A stretch of 63,588 bases of DNA, the filler included, from Nemertoderma westbladi (taxonomy: Eukaryota; Animalia; Xenacoelomorpha), in assembly GCA_032718475.1 (NCBI GenBank). It is 4 parts of 4 records of this genome, joined end to end, with 100 filler letters (N's around TTAATTAATTAA, not from the genome) between each part and the next. Parts side by side here need not be neighbours in the genome. Positions count along the whole stretch, not along the records: positions 1 to 18,456 come from JAUCBJ010002159.1; 3 more parts are not named here. One strand, given 5' to 3'. Under the pieces are notes generated by a model. It was not told the origin of the DNA and did not search any database. It was given only the letters and a program-made list of their open reading frames with translations. A program made the position numbers and the translations under genes. Each line of letters opens with the position of its first letter. The first letter of the stretch is position 1. Shown here piece after piece: positions 1 to 13,638 of the stretch.

Positions 1-23
1 ACAAGGAATAATTCAAAGTCCTC

Positions 24-220
24 CTTATATACCCTATTGATATGCAAATTCGGATCGAAACGTACAACTTCTCATTGGTTAGCAGTAGGGCATTCTTTAC
101 AATTCAACCATCCCGTTTCTCCATTGGCTGATTACTCAGAGAAAGCTTTGTAAAGAACTTGCATCCCATTGGCTGATGACTCAGAGAAAGCTTATCAAAG
201 AACTTGCCTCCCATTGGCCA
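24..220. promoter_or_regulatory. Divergent H2B/H2A-type histone promoter (octamer, TATA, repeated CCAAT boxes)
   Basis: Minus-strand TATA at about 25-31 and octamer ATGCAAAT at 42-49. CCAAT (ATTGG) boxes lie in an imperfect 45-bp tandem repeat at 121-165 and 166-210 that also holds TGACTCA. Octamer plus TATA facing left is the classical H2B promoter layout, so H2B probably lies just outside the window. Confidence 0.6.
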
Positions 221-351
221 CTCTGTTACGTTTGGATCCACCCTGTTTAATGACTAGGACGAAGGCCCTGTAAAATCCTCATTCTTCACCATAATATTAT
301 CAATTGCGTTGCGTTGCTGCAGTTTATCTCTTATCTCAAAACTAAATCAAC

Positions 352-729
352 ATGTCTGGTCGCGGAAAAGGAGGCAAGGCTAAGGGAAAGGCAAAGACGC
401 GGTCGAGTCGCGCTGGACTACAATTTCCGGTCGGTCGAGTGCACAGATTCTTGCGAAAGGGAAACTATTCCGAGAGGATTGGTGCTGGTGCCCCGGTATA
501 TCTCGCTGCCGTCCTTGAATACCTGACTGCTGAGATTCTAGAGCTGGCTGGTAATGCTGCCAGGGACAACAAGAAATCTAGGATTATTCCCCGACATCTG
601 CAGTTGGCCATCCGTAACGATGAGGAGTTGAACAAGTTATTGGCTGGCGTTACCATCGCGCAAGGCGGTGTTCTACCTAACATTCAGGCAGTTTTGTTGC
701 CTAAGAAGTCTGGCAAATCTGCCAAATAA
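352..729 (+). CDS. H2A: Histone H2A (canonical, replication-dependent)
   Basis: 125 aa with [41 protein letters not shown] and LLPKK. Intronless, with a 3' stem-loop. Confidence 0.99.
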   Translation: MSGRGKGGKAKGKAKTRSSRAGLQFPVGRVHRFLRKGNYSERIGAGAPVYLAAVLEYLTAEILELAGNAARDNKKSRIIPRHLQLAIRNDEELNKLLAGVTIAQGGVLPNIQAVLLPKKSGKSAK

Positions 730-769
730 ATAAGTCTTGTCCTATTGCCCTACCTACAACAACCCAAAC

Positions 770-785
770 GGCCCTTTTCAGGGCC
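770..785 (+). terminator. Histone mRNA 3' stem-loop (H2A)
   Basis: AAAC-GGCCCTTTTCAGGGCC-ACCA matches the SLBP-binding stem-loop consensus. Confidence 0.97.
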
Positions 786-1276
786 ACCATCTTCTACTCA
801 GATTCGTAAGTTTGTTTGATTGACTGGTGGGTGAGTTATGCGCAAATTTTTTTGGGCTCAGGACTTAGGTTTTGTAGCGGGTACCACGGGGCATAGCGAC
901 GCACCCCCCTGTCTAGTTCTCGTGAGGTTGTATGCATCCTCACAGTGAGGGAGTGGCCGTCCGTCTTCCCTTTATATAGTGAAGAAAAACATGGGATATT
1001 AATTGATACTTGGAAGCAACCAATCAAATCATCCACGAACACCCAAGTCTGGCCCTCCTATGAATGGCTAGACAGCGGTGGTGCGTATTATAATAGTATT
1101 ATAGGTACAGACTTCTAAATGATGTCTTGTTTCATCCAGAACCTACTACACACACAAGGTAAGCAAACTAACTAACGTAAAGAAAGAGGTAGTATAGTAT
1201 GTATGGTATGATATAATTGAACAATAATCAACTCTACTAAAACAGACAGCAATAAGCAATCCGAGTTACATGTGGT

Positions 1277-1292
1277 GGCCCTTAAAAGGGCC
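1277..1292 (-). terminator. Histone mRNA 3' stem-loop (H4)
   Basis: Minus strand reads AAAC-GGCCCTTTTAAGGGCC-ACCA. Confidence 0.97.
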
Positions 1293-1350
1293 GTTTGGGT
1301 TGGATGATTGATAGACTCGGACTTGTTTGGGGAAGCGAAAAACGTTTCAA

Positions 1351-2573
<1,223 letters not shown>

Positions 2574-2618
2574 AGCAATGTGACAGACAGCATCCGCAAG
2601 TCCTAATCAAACCCAAAC

Positions 2619-2634
2619 GGCCCTTTTCAGGGCC
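2619..2634 (+). terminator. Histone 3' stem-loop (H3); copies at 5942-5957 and 9265-9280
   Basis: AAAC-GGCCCTTTTCAGGGCC-ACCA. Confidence 0.97.
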
Positions 2635-2976
2635 ACCAATCCTAAAACTCGGGTCGTGACTCGCCTTGTATGTCACACAGATCTGCGTCTGTACGTCGTG
2701 TCTGCCTGCTATGCTATGTTATGCATGAATTCAGTGCGCAATATTACATGCAACAGGAAATTTCCAAAATGATTAGCGATAAAGGCACACTGACACATAT
2801 TAATTAATGTATGTAATAGGCTTACTTACCTACATGTTAGTTACACGATATTTATTCGTCGTGTCTCTCACTGAGTACTAATTAATTAATTGACACTCTA
2901 CGATAATAATAATAGTAAGCAATAACAATAACAAGCAAAAATACGTATTGTCGATACCGTGGTTTATGAAAGTGTT

Positions 2977-2992
2977 GGCCCTGAAAAGGGCC
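2977..2992 (-). terminator. Histone 3' stem-loop (H1); copies at 6300-6315 and 9623-9638
   Basis: Minus strand reads AAAC-GGCCCTTTTCAGGGCC-AACA. Confidence 0.95.
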
Positions 2993-3046
2993 GTTTGGGT
3001 TTTGGTGGGACTATATAAGACTAAGACAGAATGAGAAATAATGTCT

Positions 3047-3628
3047 CTATTTCTTGGCAACCTTCTTTTTAGGGGTTGCCTTTTTGGCAGCGGCGGGCTT
3101 GGCAGTCTTCTTGGCTGCTGGTTTCTTCACGGAGGGTTTCTTAGCAACAACGGCCTTCTTAACGGCAGGCTTTTTCGCAGACGATGCTTTCTTCGGTTTG
3201 GCGGCGGCGGTCTTCTTGGCCACGGGCTTTTTGGCAGCAGTCTTCTTCTTTGCCGGGGACTTCTTAGCGGCTGCGGTCTTCTTGGGCTTAGCTGCCGACT
3301 TTTTGGGAGCGTCCTTGGCGCTGGCGGGCAACTTGAAGGAGCCACTGGCACCGGTTCCCTTGGTGTGCACTAGCTTACCGCTTGTCACACCAGATCGAAG
3401 CTGCCTTTTGATGTGCGAGGTGAGCTTCTCGTCGACCTTGTAGTTGGCCGATATGTACTTAACGATGGCTTGACGGGAAGATCCGTTTCGCTCCTTGAGA
3501 TTCTTGATTGCGGCTTTAATCATGTCGATAACCGGAGGATGTGTCGGAGCAGTCTTCGGTTTCTTCGCCTTGGCGGCCTTCTTCGGCGACTTGCTGTGCA
3601 CAGCAGTTGCGGTTGCAACTTCAGTCAT
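3047..3628 (-). CDS. H1: Linker histone H1, copy 1
   Basis: ATG at 3628 (MTEVATA..., 193 aa). Globular domain [26 protein letters not shown]...[10 protein letters not shown], followed by a K/A/P-rich tail and a stem-loop. Confidence 0.97.
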   Translation of the reverse strand: MTEVATATAVHSKSPKKAAKAKKPKTAPTHPPVIDMIKAAIKNLKERNGSSRQAIVKYISANYKVDEKLTSHIKRQLRSGVTSGKLVHTKGTGASGSFKLPASAKDAPKKSAAKPKKTAAAKKSPAKKKTAAKKPVAKKTAAAKPKKASSAKKPAVKKAVVAKKPSVKKPAAKKTAKPAAAKKATPKKKVAKK

Positions 3629-4871
3629 TGTTCTTGAGGATAATTTTGAGTAGCTCGAGTAATAAAAGAAGAATAAAACGAAAAACCGTGGCAGCACAGG
3701 TTCGATTTGTTATTGATATATCGGGTGAATTTGAGTGGGAGGCCCCCTTTGGGGGTTGTATCCACTAAACGAGATCCCATGGAACAACATGCATGCATTT
3801 CGACAAATGGCTCATATTTTGTGCTATTTCGGAGGTATATTTTTATCTATAACTTGACTTCTCCGGTATCAAATTGATTTCTGTAAAGTTGCCACGGTTG
3901 ATCTCAAATAGCTTGTCGCGATGGCCAATAAATTATATTATTATCACGCGTTTTTTACGTAATATTGGCGATTTTACGCATTTGAAACACGTGTTTCACA
4001 GAAAATTGGTTACATTTAGCCTTCCATTCAAAAAACGGTCATTGTAAATTAAGGCTATTATCCAAAATTTGATATAATATTTAATAGGCTTTTCAAAAAG
4101 TAGGCTGTCGTGCACAGCTAACCATGTGTGGAAATGGTATTTTCGCCCAAAATAAAATTTTTGATTACACCTATTTTTAGGGGAATGCCTGTACAATTCA
4201 CCCTATTTACTATAGCAAGTCAATATCGGGACGATGCAATGGCTAACGATGCAATATTTTCTTTTAGTTTCAGATACCATTCTAAGCCGAATTATGCTTG
4301 TTTTGGAAAATTTGGGACAGCCTACGTTGAAAAAAAAAATACGACAAGGCTTCCTTATCCATATAGAAAAGCCTGCGAAATGATATATGTTTTTGTAAAC
4401 GAACTTCGTGGCACAAAGCAATTGAAGGAGAAGATATATTTCGTATCTTTTATTACTTTTTCAGATATAGAAAATTATGCTGCAATAATTTTTTTTCTGC
4501 AGCCTACTTTCATATCTAGAAAATATATTTTTCTTATTTTATTTTATAAACAATCAACCTATTATTGAACAAATATTGATTTCATATATTATTTTCCTCC
4601 TGGAATTCATTGCTAAATACAGGAATTTTGCTTTGAAACCGATAATTGTATGCCTATTGCCTATGCATGTATGTGATATAACAAAACATGAAAAATATTA
4701 GCAAAAATCAATAATATTTACGCTGTTATATCCTGTCTGGCCTCTATATAACAAGAATAAAGAAAAATCTTAACAAAACTTTTAATATTCTCGTATATTT
4801 TATCATTCATTCTTGAATAATACTGTAGTTTAGCAATTTATTAAATTTATCTTCTTTATCTTCTTATCTTC

Positions 4872-5060
<189 letters not shown>

Positions 5061-5470
5061 TCACCTACTTCTTATGTATGTCCTAAACGTGTCCGCGTTT
5101 GTCAGGCTGCAGAACAATAGCAGCGGTGAGTCATAGGCAAGGCAAGCCCAGGAGCACGTGCTATCCGAGCGCCTATTGGACAGGGGGCCGCAATGTGATT
5201 GGCCGAGGCAACTGCTAGGCCTCTTGCTACATACATACGGTGCTTGTTGAAAGAAAATAGAATTACATTTCGATACCGGATTTTGGTGGATCGAAACGTA
5301 ATTGTTACCTGCAAGTGATTGGCCGTTAGGCAGAGCCAATAAGCAGCCGAGTTTGCAACCAATCCAAAGCGAGTATTTCTTTCTCGAAAATGTGGTAAAG
5401 TGGTGTGGCCTTCTTCCTTCTTCATTCATTCATCCACACCACATTGCATCGTTACTGCTATATTCTCTAA

Positions 5471-5896
<426 letters not shown>

Positions 5897-6369
5897 AGCA
5901 ATGTGACAGACAGCATCCGCAAGTCCTAATCAAACCCAAACGGCCCTTTTCAGGGCCACCAATCCTAAAACTCGGGTCGTGACTCGCCTTGTATGTCACA
6001 CAGATCTGCGTCTGTACGTCGTGTCTGCCTGCTATGCTATGTTATGCATGAATTCAGTGCGCAATATTACATGCAACAGGAAATTTCCAAAATGATTAGC
6101 GATAAAGGCACACTGACACATATTAATTAATGTATGTAATAGGCTTACTTACCTACATGTTAGTTACACGATATTTATTCGTCGTGTCTCTCACTGAGTA
6201 CTAATTAATTAATTGACACTCTACGATAATAATAATAGTAAGCAATAACAATAACAAGCAAAAATACGTATTGTCGATACCGTGGTTTATGAAAGTGTTG
6301 GCCCTGAAAAGGGCCGTTTGGGTTTTGGTGGGACTATATAAGACTAAGACAGAATGAGAAATAATGTCT

Positions 6370-6951
6370 CTATTTCTTGGCAACCTTCTTTTTAGGGGTT
6401 GCCTTTTTGGCAGCGGCGGGCTTGGCAGTCTTCTTGGCTGCTGGTTTCTTCACGGAGGGTTTCTTAGCAACAACGGCCTTCTTAACGGCAGGCTTTTTCG
6501 CAGACGATGCTTTCTTCGGTTTGGCGGCGGCGGTCTTCTTGGCCACGGGCTTTTTGGCAGCAGTCTTCTTCTTTGCCGGGGACTTCTTAGCGGCTGCGGT
6601 CTTCTTGGGCTTAGCTGCCGACTTTTTGGGAGCGTCCTTGGCGCTGGCGGGCAACTTGAAGGAGCCACTGGCACCGGTTCCCTTGGTGTGCACTAGCTTA
6701 CCGCTTGTCACACCAGATCGAAGCTGCCTTTTGATGTGCGAGGTGAGCTTCTCGTCGACCTTGTAGTTGGCCGATATGTACTTAACGATGGCTTGACGGG
6801 AAGATCCGTTTCGCTCCTTGAGATTCTTGATTGCGGCTTTAATCATGTCGATAACCGGAGGATGTGTCGGAGCAGTCTTCGGTTTCTTCGCCTTGGCGGC
6901 CTTCTTCGGCGACTTGCTGTGCACAGCAGTAGCGGTTGCAACTTCAGTCAT
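6370..6951 (-). CDS. H1: Histone H1, copy 2
   Basis: Protein from MTEV identical to copy 1. Confidence 0.97.
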   Translation of the reverse strand: MTEVATATAVHSKSPKKAAKAKKPKTAPTHPPVIDMIKAAIKNLKERNGSSRQAIVKYISANYKVDEKLTSHIKRQLRSGVTSGKLVHTKGTGASGSFKLPASAKDAPKKSAAKPKKTAAAKKSPAKKKTAAKKPVAKKTAAAKPKKASSAKKPAVKKAVVAKKPSVKKPAAKKTAKPAAAKKATPKKKVAKK

Positions 6952-8194
6952 TGTTCTTGAGGATAATCTTGAGTAGCTCGAGTAATAAAAGAAGAATAAA
7001 ACGAAAAACCGTGGCAGCACAGGTTCGATTTGTTATTGATATATCGGGTGAATTTGAGTGGGAGGCCCCCTTTGGGGGTTGTATCCACTAAACGAGATCC
7101 CATGGAACAACATGCATGCATTTCGACAAATGGCTCATATTTTGTGCTATTTCGGAGGTATATTTTTATCTATAACTTGACTTCTCCGGTATCAAATTGA
7201 TTTCTGTAAAGTTGCCACGGTTGATCTCAAATAGCTTGTCGCGATGGCCAATAAATTATATTATTATCACGCGTTTTTTACGTAATATTGGCGATTTTAC
7301 GCATTTGAAACACGTGTTTCACAGAAAATTGGTTACATTTAGCCTTCCATTCAAAAAACGGTCATTGTAAATTAAGGCTATTATCCAAAATTTGATATAA
7401 TATTTAATAGGCTTTTCAAAAAGTAGGCTGTCGTGCACAGCTAACCATGTGTGGAAATGGTATTTTCGCCCAAAATAAAATTTTTGATTACACCTATTTT
7501 TAGGGGAATGCCTGTACAATTCACCCTATTTACTATAGCAAGTCAATATCGGGACGATGCAATGGCTAACGATGCAATATTTTCTTTTAGTTTCAGATAC
7601 CATTCTAAGCCGAATTATGCTTGTTTTGGAAAATTTGGGACAGCCTACGTTGAAAAAAAAAATACGACAAGGCTTCCTTATCCATATAGAAAAGCCTGCG
7701 AAATGATATATGTTTTTGTAAACGAACTTCGTGGCACAAAGCAATTGAAGGAGAAGATATATTTCGTATCTTTTATTACTTTTTCAGATATAGAAAATTA
7801 TGCTGCAATAATTTTTTTTCTGCAGCCTACTTTCATATCTAGAAAATATATTTTTCTTATTTTATTTTATAAACAATCAACCTATTATTGAACAAATATT
7901 GATTTCATATATTATTTTCCTCCTGGAATTCATTGCTAAATACAGGAATTTTGCTTTGAAACCGATAATTGTATGCCTATTGCCTATGCATGTATGTGAT
8001 ATAACAAAACATGAAAAATATTAGCAAAAATCAATAATTTTTACGCTGTTATATCCTGTCTGGCCTCTATATAACAAGAATAAAGAAAAATCTTAACAAA
8101 ACTTTTAATATTCTCGTATATTTTATCATTCATTCTTGAATAATACTGTAGTTTAGCAATTTATTAAATTTATCTTCTTTATCTTCTTATCTTC

Positions 8195-8383
<189 letters not shown>

Positions 8384-8793
8384 TCACCTACTTCTTATGT
8401 ATGTCCTAAACGTGTCCGCGTTTGTCAGGCTGCAGAACAATAGCAGCGGTGAGTCATAGGCAAGGCAAGCCCAGGAGCACGTGCTATCCGAGCGCCTATT
8501 GGACAGGGGGCCGCAATGTGATTGGCCGAGGCAACTGCTAGGCCTCTTGCTACATACATACGGTGCTTGTTGAAAGAAAATAGAATTACATTTCGATACC
8601 GGATTTTGGTGGATCGAAACGTAATTGTTACCTGCAAGTGATTGGCCGTTAGGCAGAGCCAATAAGCAGCCGAGTTTGCAACCAATCCAAAGCGAGTATT
8701 TCTTTCTCGAAAATGTGGTAAAGTGGTGTGGCCTTCTTCCTTCTTCATTCATTCATCCACACCACATTGCATCGTTACTGCTATATTCTCTAA

Positions 8794-9219
<426 letters not shown>

Positions 9220-9692
9220 AGCAATGTGACAGACAGCATCCGCAAGTCCTAATCAAACCCAAACGGCCCTTTTCAGGGCCACCAATCCTAAAACTCGGGT
9301 CGTGACTCGCCTTGTATGTCACACAGATCTGCGTCTGTACGTCGTGTCTGCCTGCTATGCTATGTTATGCATGAATTCAGTGCGCAATATTACATGCAAC
9401 AGGAAATTTCCAAAATGATTAGCGATAAAGGCACACTGACACATATTAATTAATGTATGTAATAGGCTTACTTACCTACATGTTAGTTACACGATATTTA
9501 TTCGTCGTGTCTCTCACTGAGTACTAATTAATTAATTGACACTCTACGATAATAATAATAGTAAGCAATAACAATAACAAGCAAAAATACGTATTGTCGA
9601 TACCGTGGTTTATGAAAGTGTTGGCCCTGAAAAGGGCCGTTTGGGTTTTGGTGGGACTATATAAGACTAAGACAGAATGAGAAATAATGTCT

Positions 9693-10274
9693 CTATTTCT
9701 TGGCAACCTTCTTTTTAGGGGTTGCCTTTTTGGCAGCGGCGGGCTTGGCAGTCTTCTTGGCTGCTGGTTTCTTCACGGAGGGTTTCTTAGCAACAACGGC
9801 CTTCTTAACGGCAGGCTTTTTCGCAGACGATGCTTTCTTCGGTTTGGCGGCGGCGGTCTTCTTGGCCACGGGCTTTTTGGCAGCAGTCTTCTTCTTTGCC
9901 GGGGACTTCTTAGCGGCTGCGGTCTTCTTGGGCTTAGCTGCCGACTTTTTGGGAGCGTCATTGGCGCTGGCGGGCAACTTGAAGGAGCCACTGGCACCGG
10001 TTCCCTTGGTGTGCACTAGCTTACCGCTTGTCACACCAGATCGAAGCTGCCTTTTGATGTGCGAGGTGAGCTTCTCGTCGACCTTGTAGTTGGCCGATAT
10101 GTACTTAACGATGGCTTGACGGGAAGATCCGTTTCGCTCCTTGAGATTCTTGATTGCGGCTTTAATCATGTCGATAACCGGAGGATGTGTCGGAGCAGTC
10201 TTCGGTTTCTTCGCCTTGGCGGCCTTCTTCGGCGACTTGCTGTGCACAGCAGTAGCGGTTGCAACTTCAGTCAT
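9693..10274 (-). CDS. H1: Histone H1, copy 3 (one K>N change; promoter interrupted by LINE)
   Basis: Reads ASANDAPK versus ASAKDAPK in copies 1 and 2. Confidence 0.97.
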   Translation of the reverse strand: MTEVATATAVHSKSPKKAAKAKKPKTAPTHPPVIDMIKAAIKNLKERNGSSRQAIVKYISANYKVDEKLTSHIKRQLRSGVTSGKLVHTKGTGASGSFKLPASANDAPKKSAAKPKKTAAAKKSPAKKKTAAKKPVAKKTAAAKPKKASSAKKPAVKKAVVAKKPSVKKPAAKKTAKPAAAKKATPKKKVAKK

Positions 10275-10584
10275 TGTTCTTGAGGATAATCTTGAGTAGC
10301 TCGAGTAATAAAAGAAGAATAAAACGAAAAACCGTGGCAGCACAGGTTCGATTTGTTATTGATATATCGGGTGAATTTGAGTGGGAGGCCCCCTTTGGGG
10401 GTAACTGAACTGAACTGCTGAAATACGAAAAACTGCTCTTAACTTTCGTGATAATTTTAACTGTAACCGTACCGTAAGTTTGAGTTGGCGCCGGTTCTCC
10501 GGGTTGCCCTTCAAGCCATTACCCCCTCCTTCGACTAAGAAGATCCCCCAAGACTAAGTCAAGGAAAACACACAACCTGTAGGA

Positions 10585-13500
10585 ATGATGTTGACAGCGG
10601 GAGCGGCAAAACTCGCGGCCGGTAAAAGCCACGGATCGGCAAACTCTCCTCTTCATAGAACGAGGCAGTCGATCGCCATCCGAACAAACCGGAGAGAATC
10701 GCTCGGCCTGCAATCGATACCTAAACACAAACCACTGGCAGGCGCAAAGAAGAGAAACGGGATGAAAGAAAATATGCCGCAGAAACGAACATCGACTGAC
10801 GGAATAATTCAAGGAGATATCGGCAGAAACTCGATAGACCTGTCCACTTCAGGTCATTCTGAATCGCCAACTCATCCATCTCCCGTTCCGCACTCGTCAG
10901 ACACAGAAACATCAGAAACGTTCGCCAAACCGGAACCTTCCATCGACATATCGGAACCCGTCCAAACGGAAGCGAGTTCCCTCAAAAAGAGTAAAATTAT
11001 TTTCAAAAAGACAATTGGAGCCAATAATGGTAAAGGTGCAATTACGATAAAGCCTGGATCCTTTGATGGGATTACTAGAGGGGAATTTAACCCCAGTGCC
11101 ATAAATTTGGAGAACTCTGTTAACTTAGATTTCAGTACGACGTTCTCAGTAAGCACACCTTCAGAGAAAATCCCGCACCAGGAACCGGCCGAAATTGGTG
11201 AAAATGTCGAAATAATTGACAACTCTATAACAATAACACACGAAAGGCCAGCCACTAAGGTAGACAGTTGCGAATTATATCCTAACGCGATCGAAAAACT
11301 GGACCCACAGGAACTAATAAATAAGATAAAAAATTGTCTACAAGAAATCACCGATAACCGTCCGGCCAACACCATCCCCCTACCCGCGGCGCTAAAAACA
11401 CTCGAAAATAAAGCCTGGCTCAGTGATGATGTTGTGGATGGATTTATGGGACTAATACAACTCCACTTCCCCCACACAGCGCCTGTACCAAGCCAACTCG
11501 CGGAGCAGCTGAGATCATCGGGGTGTAGCCAACTTTCCGCAATCCAATACGTGGCGACCCGGTATCTCGGTCGCTATCAATCTACAGCACCGACTCTTCT
11601 CTTCTTGCCGGATTGTAATAAAGATCACTTCATCCTTCACGTGGCCGACACCAGAGTACGTACCGTGTACGCAATAGACTCAAACCGAGCGTCGATGCCC
11701 ACGCGAATAACCTTTGCCTTCGCTAATATTCTGAACACAATCGACGAAAATAAACCTTGGAGCAAATATAAAGCAACTGAGAAATGGAAAGTGGGATCAA
11801 AGTATACAACGTTAAGTAAGCAGGGGAACGGCTATGATTGCGGGGTGTATGTCTGTCTGGGCGCCCTAACAGTAGCCCAGGACAAGAATCAGTTACCACC
11901 AATTCACTACGACAGCGCAAAGGCTCGGGGCTGGCTGCAGTCCTGTTTTAAAGACTTTAAACTTGCGAATAATGTGGATGTGGATATCGATTTTGACTAT
12001 ACTCCAGCGACCACCGTCTCTACCGAGGTGAACAATCTCAGCGAACATCGGAATACTGAGGGGAACCCTCCAAACCACAAACTAGCGCTGGGCGAACTTG
12101 ATAATATCTTGCATCTACCTAGGAAAGAAGCTCTCAAAATCTTATCAGATAAATATTCTATGGAGCAAATCTCAAATATTCGGAATGACCTGTTCAATTG
12201 CGTTACTAAATTAACATCACCTCTCCAACAGGTAACTCTACAGCTGCAATCGCGATCCTCTGCAAGCGCCCTGGCAACCGACGTTCTAGAACTGCTACGG
12301 TGTAGACTGAATGGGTTATTGACAGAACCCTGCCGCAAACGTTTGCGTAAGATTGAATCTACGGATAAAGGTATTACATTGGAAGGCCTCAAGAACGATC
12401 TCATAACTGCTGTCTCTGCCCTACAGGCTCGCATGTGTATGATCGAGGCTGAGAACTCCAACCTCAAAGAGCGCATGGGAACTGTGGTAGATGAACTGAG
12501 CATCGAACGCCACCATCGAGTCATGTGGGAGTCTAAATTCAACAAACTCAGTTCGACTAAACCAACAATAGGACATATACTATACGACAATCCCAGCTCA
12601 ACAATCACCACTATAATAGAACCCGTCACAGAAAACCAACCAATGGGCGACTTTATTCTAAACACGCCTCTCTCGCCTCATGGCTCGCCCCAAATAGAAG
12701 AATACTTGATTGTTGACTCAATCAATTCTCCACCAGTTTCACCAGCAGCGCCCCCTGTATCCAAAGACGCGACACAACAATCAAACGCCGATGGCTGGAC
12801 AACTGTAGAACCAAAAAAGAACAAATACACACGAAATTTGGGCGTCGAAACTAAGAGTGACAACCGCGGTCAAAAAAGAGGCACTATAAGAGGGAACGAC
12901 ATTCAACCGAGCAAACCGGTCTCAAACAGAGATCCTCCACAAAGACTGCGCTGCGCAGACTCGAGACGACTTCATTCCCTGTTCATCAGCGGAGTATCAA
13001 GGAATAATAACGAGAATGATGTTCTAGAATACCTGCACCGTAACAAAATTGAGGTACATCGTTCATCATGCAGGTTAAGCCGTGACTCCATTAACATCCG
13101 ACTAACCGTGGATTTAAACGATTCAGAGACACTAAAACAATCCGATTTCTGGCCTGCTGGAATTCGATGTCGCGACTGGGAATATCATCCCAGATATGTG
13201 GAACAAAGAAAACGTCATGAAGATAATCGAGATCACCATAACAACCACGTACAACACCGACGGCATAAAGACCCCCATATTCAACGTGATAATAGCGGAC
13301 AGCCTTCGAGTCAACACGACCGCAACAGCCAACAAGATACCAACGGACAACCCTGGGTGCATCGCAACCTGACCGAACAACTAGACTCCCGCGGACAACG
13401 CTCGAAGGATGGAGACCAGTATGGGGGGCAACGAGATCAGTCTAGGAAACGAGATTATGATGGACAATCCTCGTGGCTGCGCGACCCCAACGAACAACAC

Positions 13501-13638
13501 TCATGGAAACAGGATCGCTACGGACAGCCCTCAGGCCATCGTGACCGCGATGAACAACTATCGTGGAAACGAGATCGCAACGGACAGCCATCATCATATT
13601 CTAATCCTAGAGAGTTCCCGAACCGGTATTGTCTTTAA
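10585..13638 (+). CDS. LINE ORF1: Ulp1/SENP-like C48 cysteine protease, coiled coil and RRM-like domain
   Basis: Protease motifs WLSDDVVDGF, PDCNKDHFIL (His), YAIDS (Asp) and KQGNGYDCGVYVC (Gln, Cys). Heptad region ALQARMCMIEAENSNLKERM. LFISGV...FWPAGIRCRDW resembles the RRM-type C-terminus of LINE ORF1 proteins. Confidence 0.88.
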   Translation: MMLTAGAAKLAAGKSHGSANSPLHRTRQSIAIRTNRRESLGLQSIPKHKPLAGAKKRNGMKENMPQKRTSTDGIIQGDIGRNSIDLSTSGHSESPTHPSPVPHSSDTETSETFAKPEPSIDISEPVQTEASSLKKSKIIFKKTIGANNGKGAITIKPGSFDGITRGEFNPSAINLENSVNLDFSTTFSVSTPSEKIPHQEPAEIGENVEIIDNSITITHERPATKVDSCELYPNAIEKLDPQELINKIKNCLQEITDNRPANTIPLPAALKTLENKAWLSDDVVDGFMGLIQLHFPHTAPVPSQLAEQLRSSGCSQLSAIQYVATRYLGRYQSTAPTLLFLPDCNKDHFILHVADTRVRTVYAIDSNRASMPTRITFAFANILNTIDENKPWSKYKATEKWKVGSKYTTLSKQGNGYDCGVYVCLGALTVAQDKNQLPPIHYDSAKARGWLQSCFKDFKLANNVDVDIDFDYTPATTVSTEVNNLSEHRNTEGNPPNHKLALGELDNILHLPRKEALKILSDKYSMEQISNIRNDLFNCVTKLTSPLQQVTLQLQSRSSASALATDVLELLRCRLNGLLTEPCRKRLRKIESTDKGITLEGLKNDLITAVSALQARMCMIEAENSNLKERMGTVVDELSIERHHRVMWESKFNKLSSTKPTIGHILYDNPSSTITTIIEPVTENQPMGDFILNTPLSPHGSPQIEEYLIVDSINSPPVSPAAPPVSKDATQQSNADGWTTVEPKKNKYTRNLGVETKSDNRGQKRGTIRGNDIQPSKPVSNRDPPQRLRCADSRRLHSLFISGVSRNNNENDVLEYLHRNKIEVHRSSCRLSRDSINIRLTVDLNDSETLKQSDFWPAGIRCRDWEYHPRYVEQRKRHEDNRDHHNNHVQHRRHKDPHIQRDNSGQPSSQHDRNSQQDTNGQPWVHRNLTEQLDSRGQRSKDGDQYGGQRDQSRKRDYDGQSSWLRDPNEQHSWKQDRYGQPSGHRDRDEQLSWKRDRNGQPSSYSNPREFPNRYCL

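Noticed and set aside
172-192. CTGATGA...GAAA resembling a hammerhead ribozyme core
   Set aside because: No stem II or closing pair can form. Better explained as CCAAT plus TGACTCA promoter motifs.
843-945. Possible U7 or SL snRNA (AATTTTTTTGG and TGTCTAG plus hairpin)
   Set aside because: The Sm-like pieces are not in the right arrangement and no segment is complementary to the histone downstream motif.
3041-3443. Plus-strand hydrophobic ORFs over H1, and the antisense ORFs over H2A, H3 and H4
   Set aside because: Shadow frames of histone coding sequence.
4128-4568. 146-aa ORF in the AT-rich spacer (also 7451-7891)
   Set aside because: Non-ATG start, F/I/K/Y-biased composition, no motif, and frameshifted in the third copy.
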